DNA of 64,000 bases from an uncultured delta proteobacterium (GTDB taxonomy: Bacteria; Desulfobacterota; RBG-13-43-22). The stretch covers positions 1-64,000 of the forward strand of contig CAVQFQ010000025.1 of the NCBI GenBank assembly GCA_963711835.1, read 5' to 3'. The position numbers and the translations under genes are program-made. Under the pieces are notes generated by a model. It was given only the letters and a program-made list of their open reading frames with translations, ran no database searches and had not been told where the DNA came from. Below are positions 48,633-59,574 of the stretch, piece after piece (position 1 is the first letter of the stretch; each line of letters begins with the position of its first letter).

Positions 48633-49811
48633 ATGAAAGAAGTAGTTATTGTAAGCGCTGCCAGGACGCCGGTGGGTCGATTCGGCGGGAGTTTAAAGGA
48701 TTTTTCAGCCGTTCAACTGGGAGTAATTGCCGTGAAGGAGGCCTTGAAAAGGGCCTCAATCCCGGCGGATAAGGTAGATGAAGTTATCCTGGGGAATGTC
48801 CTGCAAGCCGGCTTGGGACAGAATACGGCCAGGCAGGTCCTGATCCATTCGGGTATTCCACAGGAGGCCCCGGCTACCACCATCAACAAGGTCTGCGCCT
48901 CCGGTCTTAAATCCGTCATGCTGGCGGCCCAGGCCATCAAATCCGGGGATGCCGACATCGTCCTGGCCGGAGGGATTGAAAACATGAGCCAGGCCCCCTA
49001 TGCCCTGCGCCAGGCCCGCTGGGGAGCCCGGATGGGGAGCGCCGAATTGGTCGATCTGATGATCTACGATGGACTCCAGGACGTCTTCGGCCAGGTCCAT
49101 ATGGGGATTACCGCGGAAAAGGTGGCTGAAAAATTCGGAATTACCAGGGAGGACCAGGATCGGCTGGCCCTGCGCAGCCAGGATAATGCCCAGAAAGCCA
49201 TTAAATCAGGTCGATTTAAAGAAGAGATCATACCCGTACCGATCCCACAAAAAAAAGGAGAACCTCTTCTTTTTGATACCGATGAGCATCCCCGGGCGAC
49301 CACCCTGGAGGCCCTGGGCCAGCTTAAACCGGCCTTCAAAAAGGATGGGACGGTTACGGCCGGGAATGCCTCGGGGATCAATGACAGCGGGGCGGCCTTG
49401 GTGGTCATGTCCCTGGACAAGGCCAACGAGCTGGGACTCCGGCCTTTGGCCTATGTCCGCTCCTATGCCACGGCCGGTGTGGATCCCTCCATCATGGGCA
49501 CCGGTCCCATCCCGGCTTCCAAAAAGGCCCTGGAGAAGGCCGGATTGACCGCCGAGAACCTGGATCTGATCGAAGCCAATGAGGCCTTTGCGGCCCAGGC
49601 CGCGGCGGTCAACAAGGAGATGGGCTGGGACCTGGAGAAGGTCAACGTCAACGGCGGGGCCATTGCCATCGGCCATCCGATTGGGGCCAGCGGGGCCCGG
49701 ATTTTAATTACCTTGCTTTTTGAGATGATCAAAAGGGATTCCTCTTTGGGATTGGCTACCCTTTGTGTCGGCGGCGGCATGGGGGCGGCCTTGATACTGG
49801 AAAGAAAATAA
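48633..49811 (+). CDS. Acetyl-CoA C-acetyltransferase (thiolase), second paralog
   Basis: [25 protein letters not shown]. Confidence 0.95.
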   Translation: MKEVVIVSAARTPVGRFGGSLKDFSAVQLGVIAVKEALKRASIPADKVDEVILGNVLQAGLGQNTARQVLIHSGIPQEAPATTINKVCASGLKSVMLAAQAIKSGDADIVLAGGIENMSQAPYALRQARWGARMGSAELVDLMIYDGLQDVFGQVHMGITAEKVAEKFGITREDQDRLALRSQDNAQKAIKSGRFKEEIIPVPIPQKKGEPLLFDTDEHPRATTLEALGQLKPAFKKDGTVTAGNASGINDSGAALVVMSLDKANELGLRPLAYVRSYATAGVDPSIMGTGPIPASKKALEKAGLTAENLDLIEANEAFAAQAAAVNKEMGWDLEKVNVNGGAIAIGHPIGASGARILITLLFEMIKRDSSLGLATLCVGGGMGAALILERK

Positions 49812-49957
49812 AAACCGTGAGGCGCCAGGCGCGAAGGCGTAACGGGTATTAACCATGACTTTAATAACGGATCTTAACCTCTTACCCCTCACGACTTCCG
49901 CGCTCACGAGAAAACGGATTCACTAAAAAAAAGAACTGATTTTATCAGGGAGGTGAT

Positions 49958-50743
49958 ATGGCTTACGAATTAATTCTTTTGGAAATTTCAGAAGGGATTG
50001 CCACGATTTCCGTTAATCGTCCCAAGGCCTTGAATGCCCTGAATCCCCAGGTCATGGAGGAGATCGGCGCAGCCTTGAAGGAGATCAGCCAAAATAAGGA
50101 AGTGCGGGCGGCCATATTGACCGGCACCGGGGACAAGGCCTTCGTGGCCGGAGCCGACATCGGGAGCATGGCCAAACAAACCCCGTTGGAGGCCAAACGA
50201 TTTGGCGCTGCGGGACAGGAAGTTCTCTTTGCCATGGAAGCGATGGAGATCCCGATCATTGCGGCAGTCAACGGATTTGCTTTGGGAGGCGGGACTGAGA
50301 TCGCCATGGCCTGCGATTTTATTTATGCCTCGGAAAAGGCCAAATTCGGCCAGCCTGAAATCAACCTGGGTATCATCCCCGGATTCGGCGGCACCCAGCG
50401 CCTGGCCCGCCTGGTGGGAAAGGGCTGGGCCCGGGAGTTGTGTCTGACCGGCGTTATCATTTCCGCCCAGGAGGCCCAAGAGATCGGCCTGGTGAACAAG
50501 GTGTTTCCTCCAGAAACCTTGATGGAGGAGACCCGTAAAACGGCCAAACTGATAGCTTCGAAAGGCCGGGCCGCTATCCGGGCCGTCAAACAGGCCGTCA
50601 ATCGGGGCTTTGATGTGGATCTGCGCAACGGCTGCGCCATGGAAGTGGATGCCTTTGCCATCGCTTTCACCAGCCCCGATGCCAAAGAGGGCTTGACGGC
50701 CTTTCTGGAAAAAAGAAAGCCGGATTTTAAGGGAGAAATTTAA
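49958..50743 (+). CDS. crt: Enoyl-CoA hydratase (crotonase)
   Basis: AFVAGADI, GFALGGGTE, FGQPEINLG..PGFGGTQRL. Confidence 0.92.
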   Translation: MAYELILLEISEGIATISVNRPKALNALNPQVMEEIGAALKEISQNKEVRAAILTGTGDKAFVAGADIGSMAKQTPLEAKRFGAAGQEVLFAMEAMEIPIIAAVNGFALGGGTEIAMACDFIYASEKAKFGQPEINLGIIPGFGGTQRLARLVGKGWARELCLTGVIISAQEAQEIGLVNKVFPPETLMEETRKTAKLIASKGRAAIRAVKQAVNRGFDVDLRNGCAMEVDAFAIAFTSPDAKEGLTAFLEKRKPDFKGEI

Positions 50744-50822
50744 CTGCCGTACTGGTACTGGATATTGGTTGCTGGATAAAGACGAAAAACTTTTTTTGAC
50801 AGCGGATTAGGAAAGAAAAAAG

Positions 50823-50910
50823 ATCGAGGTTCGAAGGCCAACGGATTAGAGGTTTAACTAAGGAGACTTTCTCCCCGGAACCCTTGAATCCGCGGCCCCT
50901 TGAACCCTTT
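50823..50910. repeat. Inverted 8-mer-type tandem repeats before acyl-CoA dehydrogenase
   Basis: cgaggttcgaagg..ggattagagg ... ggaacccttgaatccgcggccccttgaaccc. Confidence 0.55.
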
Positions 50911-50932
50911 AATCACTAAGGAGATAGTAATT

Positions 50933-52081
50933 ATGGATTTTAATTTAACGGAAGAACAGCAGATGGTCCGGGAAATGGCCCGGCGGTTTGCCGAGGCCGA
51001 AATCAAACCCGTGGCCGCCAAACTGGATGCCACGCATGACCATCCGGCCGAGATCTGCAAGAAGTTGGCGGAATTGAAATTTCTGGGCATCGCCGTTCCC
51101 GAGGAATACGGCGGCGGGGGTATGGACTATGTCAGCTACGCGGTGGCTCTGATTGAAATCTCCAAGGCCTGCGCCTCCACCGGGGTCATCATGTCGGTCA
51201 ACAACTCGTTGTATTGTTTCCCGGTCATGGCCTTTGGGACCCATGAACAGAAAGTAAAGTATTTAACCCCGGTAGCCAGCGGCCAATACCTGGGATGCTT
51301 TGGTTTGACCGAGGCCGGGGCCGGGTCCGATCCGTCCGGTATGCGGACCACGGCCGTCCTGGATGGCCAGCAATGGGTCATTAACGGCGAAAAAAAATTT
51401 ATCACCAACGGCAATGTCTCCCGCTATGGCGTGCTGGCGGCCGTCACCGAAAAAGGAAAAGGCTATAAGGGAATCAGCTCGTTTGTGGTGGACTTTGAAA
51501 ACACGCCGGGTTTTTCTCTGGGGCGGGTCGAAGAAAAACTGGGCATCAACGCCTCGGGAACGGCGGAACTGGTTTTTGACAATGCCCGGGTCCCCAAAGA
51601 TGCCTTGCTGGGCAATCCCGGAGACGGGTTTAAACAGATGCTGACCACCCTGGATGGGGGGCGGATCGGGATCGCTTCCCAGGCCATCGGAATCGGCCGG
51701 GCCGTTTTGGAAGAATCCTTGGATTACGCCAAGAGCCGCGAGCAATTCGGCAAAGCCATCTCCACCTTCCAGGCCATCCAGTGGAAGCTGGCCGATATGG
51801 CCACCCAATTGGACGCGGCGGAACTGCTGACCCTTCGGGCGGCCTGGATGGAAGACCACCATCTGCATTACGAAAAAGCAGCTGCCATGGCCAAAATGTT
51901 CGCTTCCGATTCGGCCATGCAGGCGGCCATAGAAGGTGTTCAGATCCTGGGCGGCTACGGCTACTGCCGGGAATACCCCATGGAGCGGCACATGCGGGAT
52001 GCCAAGATCACCCAGATCTACGAAGGCACCAACGAGATCATGCGGATCGTAATTGCCAATAATATCCTGAAAGGCAAATAA
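50933..52081 (+). CDS. Short-chain acyl-CoA dehydrogenase
   Basis: LTEAGAGSD, KKFITNG, GRIGIA, QILGGYGY, IYEGTNEI. Confidence 0.94.
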   Translation: MDFNLTEEQQMVREMARRFAEAEIKPVAAKLDATHDHPAEICKKLAELKFLGIAVPEEYGGGGMDYVSYAVALIEISKACASTGVIMSVNNSLYCFPVMAFGTHEQKVKYLTPVASGQYLGCFGLTEAGAGSDPSGMRTTAVLDGQQWVINGEKKFITNGNVSRYGVLAAVTEKGKGYKGISSFVVDFENTPGFSLGRVEEKLGINASGTAELVFDNARVPKDALLGNPGDGFKQMLTTLDGGRIGIASQAIGIGRAVLEESLDYAKSREQFGKAISTFQAIQWKLADMATQLDAAELLTLRAAWMEDHHLHYEKAAAMAKMFASDSAMQAAIEGVQILGGYGYCREYPMERHMRDAKITQIYEGTNEIMRIVIANNILKGK

Positions 52082-52085
52082 AAAA

Positions 52086-52221
52086 AGGGTTCAAGGGGTC
52101 AAGGATTCAAGCGAAAAAGGGAAGCATTAAAATTCAAGAAATACTAACCGAACAACTATTATAAACGTTGCCCGGGAATTAATTTGGATCACCACTTTGA
52201 CCCCTCGGCCCCTTGAACCCT
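52086..52221. repeat. Inverted 8-mer tandem repeats (AGGRKTCA)n/(TTGAMCCC)n
   Basis: agggttcaaggggtcaaggattcaag ... tttgacccctcggccccttgaaccct. Confidence 0.78.
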
Positions 52222-52237
52222 CTTAGAGGTTTTTTTC

Positions 52238-53392
52238 ATGAACTTTGCCCTAACGGAAGAACAGAAAATGATCCAGGAAACGTGCCGGGATTTCGCCCGG
52301 ACGGAACTGGCCCCCCAGGCCGCCCGGCTGGATGAGACCAAAGACCGGACCATCCTCCTCAAAAATCTAAAAAAGATGGCCGAGTTGGGGCTGATGGGCA
52401 TGACTATTCCGGAGAACTATGGGGGGCCCCAGGTGGGGGTGGTGGCCTATAGCCTGGCCATGACCGAGATCGGGGCCGGCTGTGCCTCAACAGCGGTTAC
52501 CATGTCGGTTACCAATATGGTGGCGGAAGTTCTCCTGGAGTTCGGGACCGAAGAAGTAAAACGCAGGCACATCCCCCGGATCTGCTCCGGAGAGTATCCG
52601 GCCGGGGCCTTTGGACTTACGGAACCGGGGGCCGGCTCGGATCCGGCCGGGATGAGGACCACGGCCGTGCTGGACGGCAACGAATGGGTTCTGAACGGCC
52701 AGAAGATTTTTATTACCAGCGCCGAATACGCCGGTTTGGTCATTGCTTGGGCGGTTACCGATAAAAACGCCCCCAAAGGGCGGGGGATCAGCGCCTTTGT
52801 GGTCGAACAGGGGACGCCGGGCTATCTGGTTGGGGCTGATGAGAAGAAAATGGGACAAAAAGGCTCCAGCACCAATCAGTTGATTTTTGACAACTGCCGC
52901 ATCCCCAAGGAAAATCTGTTAGGATCGGCAGATGACGGCCTTCGGATCGCCTTGATGGAGCTGGCCGGAGGACGGATTGGGATCGGCTCCATGTCCGTTG
53001 GGATTGGGCGGGCAGCCATGGATTTTGCCCTGGACTACGCCAAAAACCGGGAGCAGTTCGGCCAACCTATTTCCGCTTTTCAGGCCATCCAATGGATGAT
53101 AGCCGATGCCTATACCGAGTTGGAGGCTGCCCAATTGCTGATCCTGCGGGCGGCTTTCCTGAAGGAAACCGGCAAGGGCTTTACACGTGAGGCGGCCATG
53201 GGAAAGGTTCTGGCTTCCGAAGCAGCCAACCGGGCCTGTTACAAGGCGGTTCAGATTCTGGGCGGCTACGGTTATACCGCCGACTATCCGGTGGAAAGAC
53301 TGGCCCGGGACGTTCGGGTGACCACGCTTTATGAGGGGACTTCCGAAATACAACGGCTGGTTATTGCCAGGGAATTGCTGGGAGCCAGTTAA
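52238..53392 (+). CDS. Short-chain acyl-CoA dehydrogenase, second paralog
   Basis: LTEPGAGSD, GRIGIG, QILGGYGY, LYEGTSEI. Confidence 0.94.
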   Translation: MNFALTEEQKMIQETCRDFARTELAPQAARLDETKDRTILLKNLKKMAELGLMGMTIPENYGGPQVGVVAYSLAMTEIGAGCASTAVTMSVTNMVAEVLLEFGTEEVKRRHIPRICSGEYPAGAFGLTEPGAGSDPAGMRTTAVLDGNEWVLNGQKIFITSAEYAGLVIAWAVTDKNAPKGRGISAFVVEQGTPGYLVGADEKKMGQKGSSTNQLIFDNCRIPKENLLGSADDGLRIALMELAGGRIGIGSMSVGIGRAAMDFALDYAKNREQFGQPISAFQAIQWMIADAYTELEAAQLLILRAAFLKETGKGFTREAAMGKVLASEAANRACYKAVQILGGYGYTADYPVERLARDVRVTTLYEGTSEIQRLVIARELLGAS

Positions 53393-53929
53393 ATGACTGA
53401 TGCCCGTGTCAAAGGGATGATCCAGATCTATACCGGAACAGGAAAAGGCAAGACTACGGCAGCCCTGGGTTTGGCCATGCGGGCCATCGGATATGGCCAG
53501 AAGGTGTTCATTATTCAATTTATGAAAGGGGAGGAGAAGACAGGCGAGTTGCTGACTGCCGAAAAGCTATCCCCCTATCTGACCATCAAGCCCATGGGGA
53601 GGGAGGGTTTTATTGTTAAGGATCATATTGATCCCATCGATCTCCATTGGGCCCAGGAAGGGATGGATCTGGCCCGGGAAGTGATCAGAAACGGCGCCCA
53701 CGATATCCTGATTTTGGATGAAATCAACGTGGCCGTGTCTTTTGGATTGATCTCCGTCCAGGAGGTTTTGCAATTAATCAATAAAAAACCGCCCGGAATG
53801 GAATTGGTCCTAACCGGGAGATATGCCCCCGCCGAATTTTTGGAGAGGGCCGATTTGGTAACGGAAATGAAAAACATCAAGCATTATTACGAGAAGGGTG
53901 TTCCCCACCGGGAGAGTATCGAGCGTTAG
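53393..53929 (+). CDS. cobO: Cob(I)alamin adenosyltransferase (CobO/BtuR)
   Basis: YTGTGKGKTTAALG, QFMKG, ILDEI, LTGR, DLVTEM. Confidence 0.93.
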   Translation: MTDARVKGMIQIYTGTGKGKTTAALGLAMRAIGYGQKVFIIQFMKGEEKTGELLTAEKLSPYLTIKPMGREGFIVKDHIDPIDLHWAQEGMDLAREVIRNGAHDILILDEINVAVSFGLISVQEVLQLINKKPPGMELVLTGRYAPAEFLERADLVTEMKNIKHYYEKGVPHRESIER

Positions 53930-53998
53930 GGAATTCAGGGCGGTCCTCCCGGACGGCCTTCCCCGGGTCCTTCCTGGGCTCCGGCATCTGCCATAGCG

Positions 53999-54050
53999 CC
54001 CATCCGGAAAGGATTGGTTCCGGATGGGCGCCCGAAGGGCCTGGATTTTT
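53999..54050. terminator. Hairpins between convergent genes (probable terminator)
   Basis: ccatccggaa-aggattgg-ttccggatgg then a gcccgaagggc hairpin and a T-run. Confidence 0.5.
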
Positions 54051-54055
54051 TCTGC

Positions 54056-55079
54056 TTATTTAAAATAATCGTCCCGGGCCTTTTTGAGCTGCTGAATATT
54101 CTCCAGGGGGGACCGGGGGGCGATCCCGCAGCCCGGGCAAAGAAAATCCGTGCCGTTTTCGAGGGCCTGGATGGATTCCTTATAGACCTCCTCCGGTGTT
54201 CCGCTGAAGAGAGTGGTGGCCGTGGCTACATTTCCAAAGACTTTAACTCCGCTTTTGTGGGCGATCTCCACCGCCCGCTTTAGGTCCGCTTTTTCTTCGA
54301 TGCTAATCCCGACCGCTCCCGTGGCGCACATCAATTCGATAATCGGATCGGTATCGGCACAGACGTGTAAAACCACCGGCCCCTTGATGCTGCTGATGAT
54401 TTCCTTTTCCAAAGGTAAAACAAATTTTTCATAAATTTTTGGGCTGAGGAGGGCCGGACCGGAAGTGGGTTCGGCAAAGACATAGAAATCGGCCCCCAGG
54501 TCAAAGGCGAAATTGGCGGCCGCTATGGCGGCCTGTTTGGTGACTTCAAAGGTCTTCAGCAGGGCATCCGGTTTTTTAAAGACCCATTTCATGAAGAGCT
54601 CGGTCCCCACCAGGTTGGCGGCGCAGGTAAAGGCCCCCTCCGATTCGCCGAAGATAACCATCGTCTCTCCGACTCTTTCTTCGAGCAGCCTGAAATTTTC
54701 TTTATAAACCGGAAAACGACCCCGGCTTAAAAAGTCGGCCGGGAATGCCAAATTTTCAACGCCTTCGGCATAGGGGTGTTCCTTGATAAAATACTGGCGA
54801 TCGATCTCCGGCTTGCCCATGCCGCACCCCATAGCCTGGCTTAAAGGAATGATATCCCAGCCCATGGCCTTGACCCATTCAAAGTGCCCATAGACATGTC
54901 CCGCCATGGCCAACTCGGTCATGGCCTTCGGATCGTCATCCGCCAGGGGCCTCTCATAGCCGCATTTCTTCATAAAATCGACTACGCCATAGGTTGTTGT
55001 ACGAGCCTACCGGGGTCTTGTCGACCTCTTTCCCCTGCAGTTGGTTTAAAAACCTTTTTTTTAAACTCAATTCTTCCAT
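54056..55079 (-). CDS. MtaA/CmuA-family (UroD-fold, Zn) methylcobalamin:thiol methyltransferase; frameshift near 55002
   Basis: Zn ligands LHVCA...CPGCG; N-terminus MEELSLKKRFLNQLQGKEVDKTPVG lies in the adjacent frame with RBS ggagg. Confidence 0.85.
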
Positions 55080-55313
55080 CTTGGGCCTCCTTATATTTAA
55101 AAAAATGAATAATTTCCTTTTTAATTAGCTTAAACTAAAATACCACCGTTTTCAAATGATTTAATAACTCGACTATAAATTTCCTCTTTGCTATACTTCT
55201 TGTCCATCTCATTTGCATTGGGACCTCATCTGACGGATAATTTTCTGGTGTCCGGGTCTCACGTTATCGACATCTGACCAGACCCTCCATTTATTTGAGA
55301 AAGGTCTAAAACT

Positions 55314-55835
55314 ATGTACTTAGACTTACGGAGTGCCCTTGTCCGTGATGGCAACCGGGTCACTTTTTTTGGACTTCCCATTGCCTTGCATTGCCACCAC
55401 TACAATATTAATCTCCAAAAAACAGCGGAAGACATTTTGGGAGCGGAAGGGATTGAACTCCTCTTCCGGGCCGCTGAAGAGGCCAGCCATATGGGATTTA
55501 AAGCCATTTTAGGTTGGTATGATCGGATTAAGACCACAAAATCGAAATTGGAATTGGCCGCTTCGGTTTATCAAAACTGCGGATTAGGCGTTATCCATTT
55601 CCAACAAATAGATCCCAAGAAAGGTCGGGTAGTCAGTACCTCCAGTTATCATGTCACCGGATGGTTGGCCAAGCATGGCATTCGATCAACTCCGGGTTGC
55701 CATTTTTCCCGAGGCTGGATCGCTGGGGTTCTGGAAGTCATTTACGATCGACCCATTGGATATTTTGCTGTGAATGAGCGGGCCTGTAAGATGATGCGAA
55801 AAGAGAAATGTATTTTCGAGGTGAAGGAGCGTTAA
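55314..55835 (+). CDS. V4R domain protein
   Basis: LHCHHYN, CGLG, PGCHFSRGWIAG, E.ACKMMRKEKCIF. Confidence 0.8.
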   Translation: MYLDLRSALVRDGNRVTFFGLPIALHCHHYNINLQKTAEDILGAEGIELLFRAAEEASHMGFKAILGWYDRIKTTKSKLELAASVYQNCGLGVIHFQQIDPKKGRVVSTSSYHVTGWLAKHGIRSTPGCHFSRGWIAGVLEVIYDRPIGYFAVNERACKMMRKEKCIFEVKER

Positions 55836-56435
55836 GTGGCCATTGATGGAAATAAAATAATTCAAGCTTTCATGGAAGGAAGTCGGATTCGGGATGAAAA
55901 GGGGATTATTCCTATCTTTGGGGTATATCTTTCCCTTTTTTTTGTCCAATATTATAATCGCCTTTCCTTTGATTTTGAAAGAAGGCTGGGTGAAGAGCGA
56001 CAAGCGGAGGCAGAAGCTTATCTGATTCAAGCCGCTCAAGAATGTGGCTATGCCACGTTTCATGGGCTACTCAATTCCTGGGAATGGGAAAACCTCGTTA
56101 AACCTATGATTGAGAAGGAAGAAGATAAGCTTCTTGGATTCACCGCTGTGGCTTTGGCTGCCGGGTGGGGTGATTTGAGCATAAGAAGCCTCATTCCTGG
56201 GGAAAAGCTCGTTGTCTATGTAAATGAATCCTATGAGGCCACAGGCTACCTCCAATCCCACGGTCGTGCCGGTTCAGGAAAATGTTTTATGCTTCGCGGG
56301 GTAACGGGAGCCTTTATGGATGTCCTCTACGGAGAAGACTATCCGGACGGCTGCTTCACATTTTTAGCAGAAGAGCCTCTCTGCCGGGCCAAGGGAGATG
56401 TTCATTGTGAGTTCGAAGTCCATAAAAAATCCTAA
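55836..56435 (+). CDS. V4R domain protein, second
   Basis: AAGWG, SYEA, KCFMLRG, EPLCRAKGDVHCEF. Confidence 0.8.
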   Translation: MAIDGNKIIQAFMEGSRIRDEKGIIPIFGVYLSLFFVQYYNRLSFDFERRLGEERQAEAEAYLIQAAQECGYATFHGLLNSWEWENLVKPMIEKEEDKLLGFTAVALAAGWGDLSIRSLIPGEKLVVYVNESYEATGYLQSHGRAGSGKCFMLRGVTGAFMDVLYGEDYPDGCFTFLAEEPLCRAKGDVHCEFEVHKKS

Positions 56436-58673
56436 AGGTTTTCAAAGGGAAGCCAACCTCGTTACCGGGCCAACTTGTTGGGAATACTTGGCCTGTTCCA
56501 AGGTGTTCTGTCCGGCATACGATAAAAGAAACCTGACCTGCTGGACCGTTTCTAAAACTCATTGCAGCGAAGAGGTCAGTGATGATTTCTTTAAAAAAAT
56601 AGCGGCCTGTGTGGTTTGCCCATACTTCAAAAAAATAGGTGACCAGGACCCAAGCGGATGGAATTATTTTCTGGCTGAGCAGATCCGCCAATATAATTTT
56701 AAGGCCTTGGGGCAGATCTATCAAAAGGAAGAAAGCTTTATCGAAATCTTGGATCGCATCCCCGATGGGCTTTTTACCATCGATCAGGAATGGAGGATCA
56801 CTTACTTTAATCCGGCGGCCGAAAAAATCACCGGTTTTTCAACCCACGATGCGGTAGGGATGTATTGCAAGGACGTTTTAAAAAACACGATTTGTGAGAC
56901 CGATTGTGCTCTGAAACGAGCTGTGGCTAACGGTACCTACACCTATCATCAGGAGCAGATGATAACCAATATTGAAGGGAAAAAGATTCCGATTATCTGT
57001 TCAACCTCCGTCTTTTTAGATAACGAAAGGCGAATTACCGGGGGCATTGAGATATTCAAAGATATTACGGAACTGAGAAATCTCCAGGAGGAAATTTTAA
57101 GAAGGGAAAGAAAGTACCGGCGCATCTTTGAAAGCAGTAATGACATGATTTATATTTCTAATCAGGGAGGCGCAATTCTGAATGTAAACCAGGCTGGGGT
57201 GGATATGCTCGGATACCGCAGCAAAGAGGAGTTGATGGGCATCAGATCGGTAAGACAACTGTACCGAAGTACCCGAGATCGTGATCTTTTCATGGAACGG
57301 ATCAATCGAGACGGGTACGTCAAAGATTTCGAAGTAGATTTGAAGCGGAAAGACAAATCGCTTGTCCATGTGCTCATTTCCAGCCGGCGCCATATAAATC
57401 CCGAAACAGAAGAAATCGAGTTCGAGGGAATTATTAAAGATATTACTCAGCGCAAAAAGGCAGAGCAAGCCCTCAAACAACGAAACCGGGATCTCTCCAT
57501 TCTCAATACGATTGCTTTGGGTTTGAATATTACCATGGATTTGGATCAACTCTTGAGAATGACTCTAAAAAATATTATTAAGATGCTGCGAATACAAAGC
57601 GGGGCCCTGTTTCTGATTGACCGGGAAAAGAAAAAGGTCTTGCTCCAAGGGGGATATGGATTACCCGTCCAGGAACCCGGGCGCCTGGGCGAAGTTTTCT
57701 TTAAGGATATCCCCTTGATGAATTTCCTTTTAGACGAGGATGGGAAGCTTCCACCAAAACCAAAGTTTCCTCCCTTTCAGGTAACTTACCCGGGAGAAGG
57801 TGGGAGGCCGGTTCCTTGGTTGTTTAGTTTTCTTATAACCTCACGGGGCAAATGCCTGGGATTCTTTGGCCTGGATCTTCCGCTCACAAAAATGCTAAGC
57901 CCCCATGAAGTGCATTTGCTCTCTTCTTTGGGCAATTTTTTAGGTGGAGCCATAGAAAATACTCAACTCGTTGAAACCATAAGGCGCCATCGACAAGAGC
58001 TGCGAAAACTAACTGAGAAGCTATTCCAGAGCCAGGAAGAGGAACGACGTCGTATCGCTCGGGAATTGCATGACGAAGCTGGCCAGGCCATGACGGGGAT
58101 TAAATTGGGGTTGGATAGGCTGGAAGGGGCTGTGCCGGATGATAACCAAATTCTTAAAGAAGAAATAGATCAAATCAGGAAGATGGTGACCCGCACTTCT
58201 TCGGAAATCAGACAGCTCTCCTATCGACTCCATCCTACGCTACTGAGCGACCTTGGCCTGGAGCCGGCTCTGGACCTCTATTTAAAGAGCGTGGCCAACC
58301 AGTCGAAAATGAACATCGACTTTCGCATGGTGGGATTTGACCACCGCCTGGACGCTGATATTGAAACCGTGCTCTATCGCTTCAGCCAAGAGGCCTTGAC
58401 CAACACGCTAAAACATTCCGGAGCGGAAAACTTTCACCTCTCAATCATCAAGGGGTCACCAAAAATTATTTTTTTAGCTGAGGATGATGGGATTGGATTC
58501 GATGGCCGGATCATAGGAAACAACAAGAGGAGTTTGGGGTTACTGGGTATGCGGGAGCGGGCTTCCCTTTTAGGAGGAACCTTCCAAATCCGAAGCCAAC
58601 CCATAACCAGGGTACCCGAATTCGTATTGAAATTCCCTTAAACGAGGTGCAGAGCCATGGCACAAACGATTAA
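56398..58673 (+). CDS. Cytoplasmic sensor histidine kinase: Cys-rich (CWE...C...CP...CW...C..C) domain, PAS, PAS, GAF, HisKA_3, HATPase; start uncertain, frameshift near 58603
   Basis: CWEYLACSKVFCPAY..CWTVSKTHC..CVVCPYF; ERRRIARELHDEAGQ; QEALTNTLKHS; DDGIGF; GLLGMRERA; shifted tail QGTRIRIEIP. Confidence 0.88.
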
Positions 58674-59321
58674 AATTCTACTGGTTGACGACCATACCAT
58701 TGTCAGGCAGGGACTGGCTCGCTTATTGGAGGATCAACCTGGTTTTAAAGTGGTGGGGGAAGCGGTGAATGGTAGGATTGCCGTTGAAAAGGCACAATCA
58801 CTAAAACCGGATGTCATTATAATGGATATCGCCATGCCTTCTTTAAACGGCATTGAAGCCGCCAAAAGAATACGCAAGCTCCTCCCCAATACCAAGATAC
58901 TGATTCTATCCATGTATTCTCAAGAAAATTATATTCACGAACTTTTAGAAGCCGGGATATCGGGATATTTATTAAAAGACACCTCCAGCGGTCCTGATAT
59001 TGTTCATGCTATTGAAGCGGCCATGAAGGGTGAAACCTCCCTAAGCCCGTCCGTGTCCAAATTGTTGGTGGATCGGTATCTCTCACTCCGAAAAAGTTCT
59101 CCCAAGGAAGAACGCTTCAATCAGCTATCCGATCGGGAAAGGGAGGTCTTACAGCTCATTGCCGAGGGCATTCGACCAAAAAGATTGCCGATCTACTCTG
59201 TATCAGCATTAGCACGATTAAAACCCATCGGGCCAAGGTTATGGAAAAACTGGAATTGCGCACCACACCCCAATTAATATATTTTGCTATTCAGCTCGGT
59301 TTGGTTGAGCAGGAACTTTAG
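58657..59321 (+). CDS. NarL/LuxR-family response regulator (frameshift near 59170)
   Basis: LVDDHTIVRQG, MDIAMP, LSDREREVLQLIAEG, then STKKIADLLCISISTIKTHRAKVMEKL in the shifted frame. Confidence 0.92.
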
Positions 59322-59362
59322 CCCCCCTCTTTCCTCTCCATCCTTCTCATCTCCAGAGATTA

Positions 59363-59441
59363 TAAGGATCATCCTTTTGTTGCCTAAGGATCATCTTTTT
59401 GTTGATTAAAAAACATCCTTTTGTTGATAAAAAACATCCCC
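59363..59441 (+). promoter_or_regulatory. 22-bp direct repeat x3.5 upstream of the methyltransferase operon
   Basis: taaggatcatccttttgttgcc / taaggatcatctttttgttgat / taaaaaacatccttttgttgat / aaaaaacatcccc. Confidence 0.75.
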
Positions 59442-59574
59442 AAGACGATTTACCTTACGATCAAGTTTGTTGTATATTTGTTAAAATTCAAAAAGGTGAA
59501 CTGGCTGATTTCTTTTTTGTTGGGTCGATACAAACCATACCGATTAACCCTAATCCGAGGTCAGACAGAGAATT

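Noticed and set aside
15910-54707. Numerous long antisense or overlapping ORFs in the track
   Set aside because: They are shadows of well-supported genes in moderately GC-rich DNA, with no motifs or RBS
59363-59441. CRISPR array
   Set aside because: Repeats are contiguous with no spacers and no cas genes are nearby
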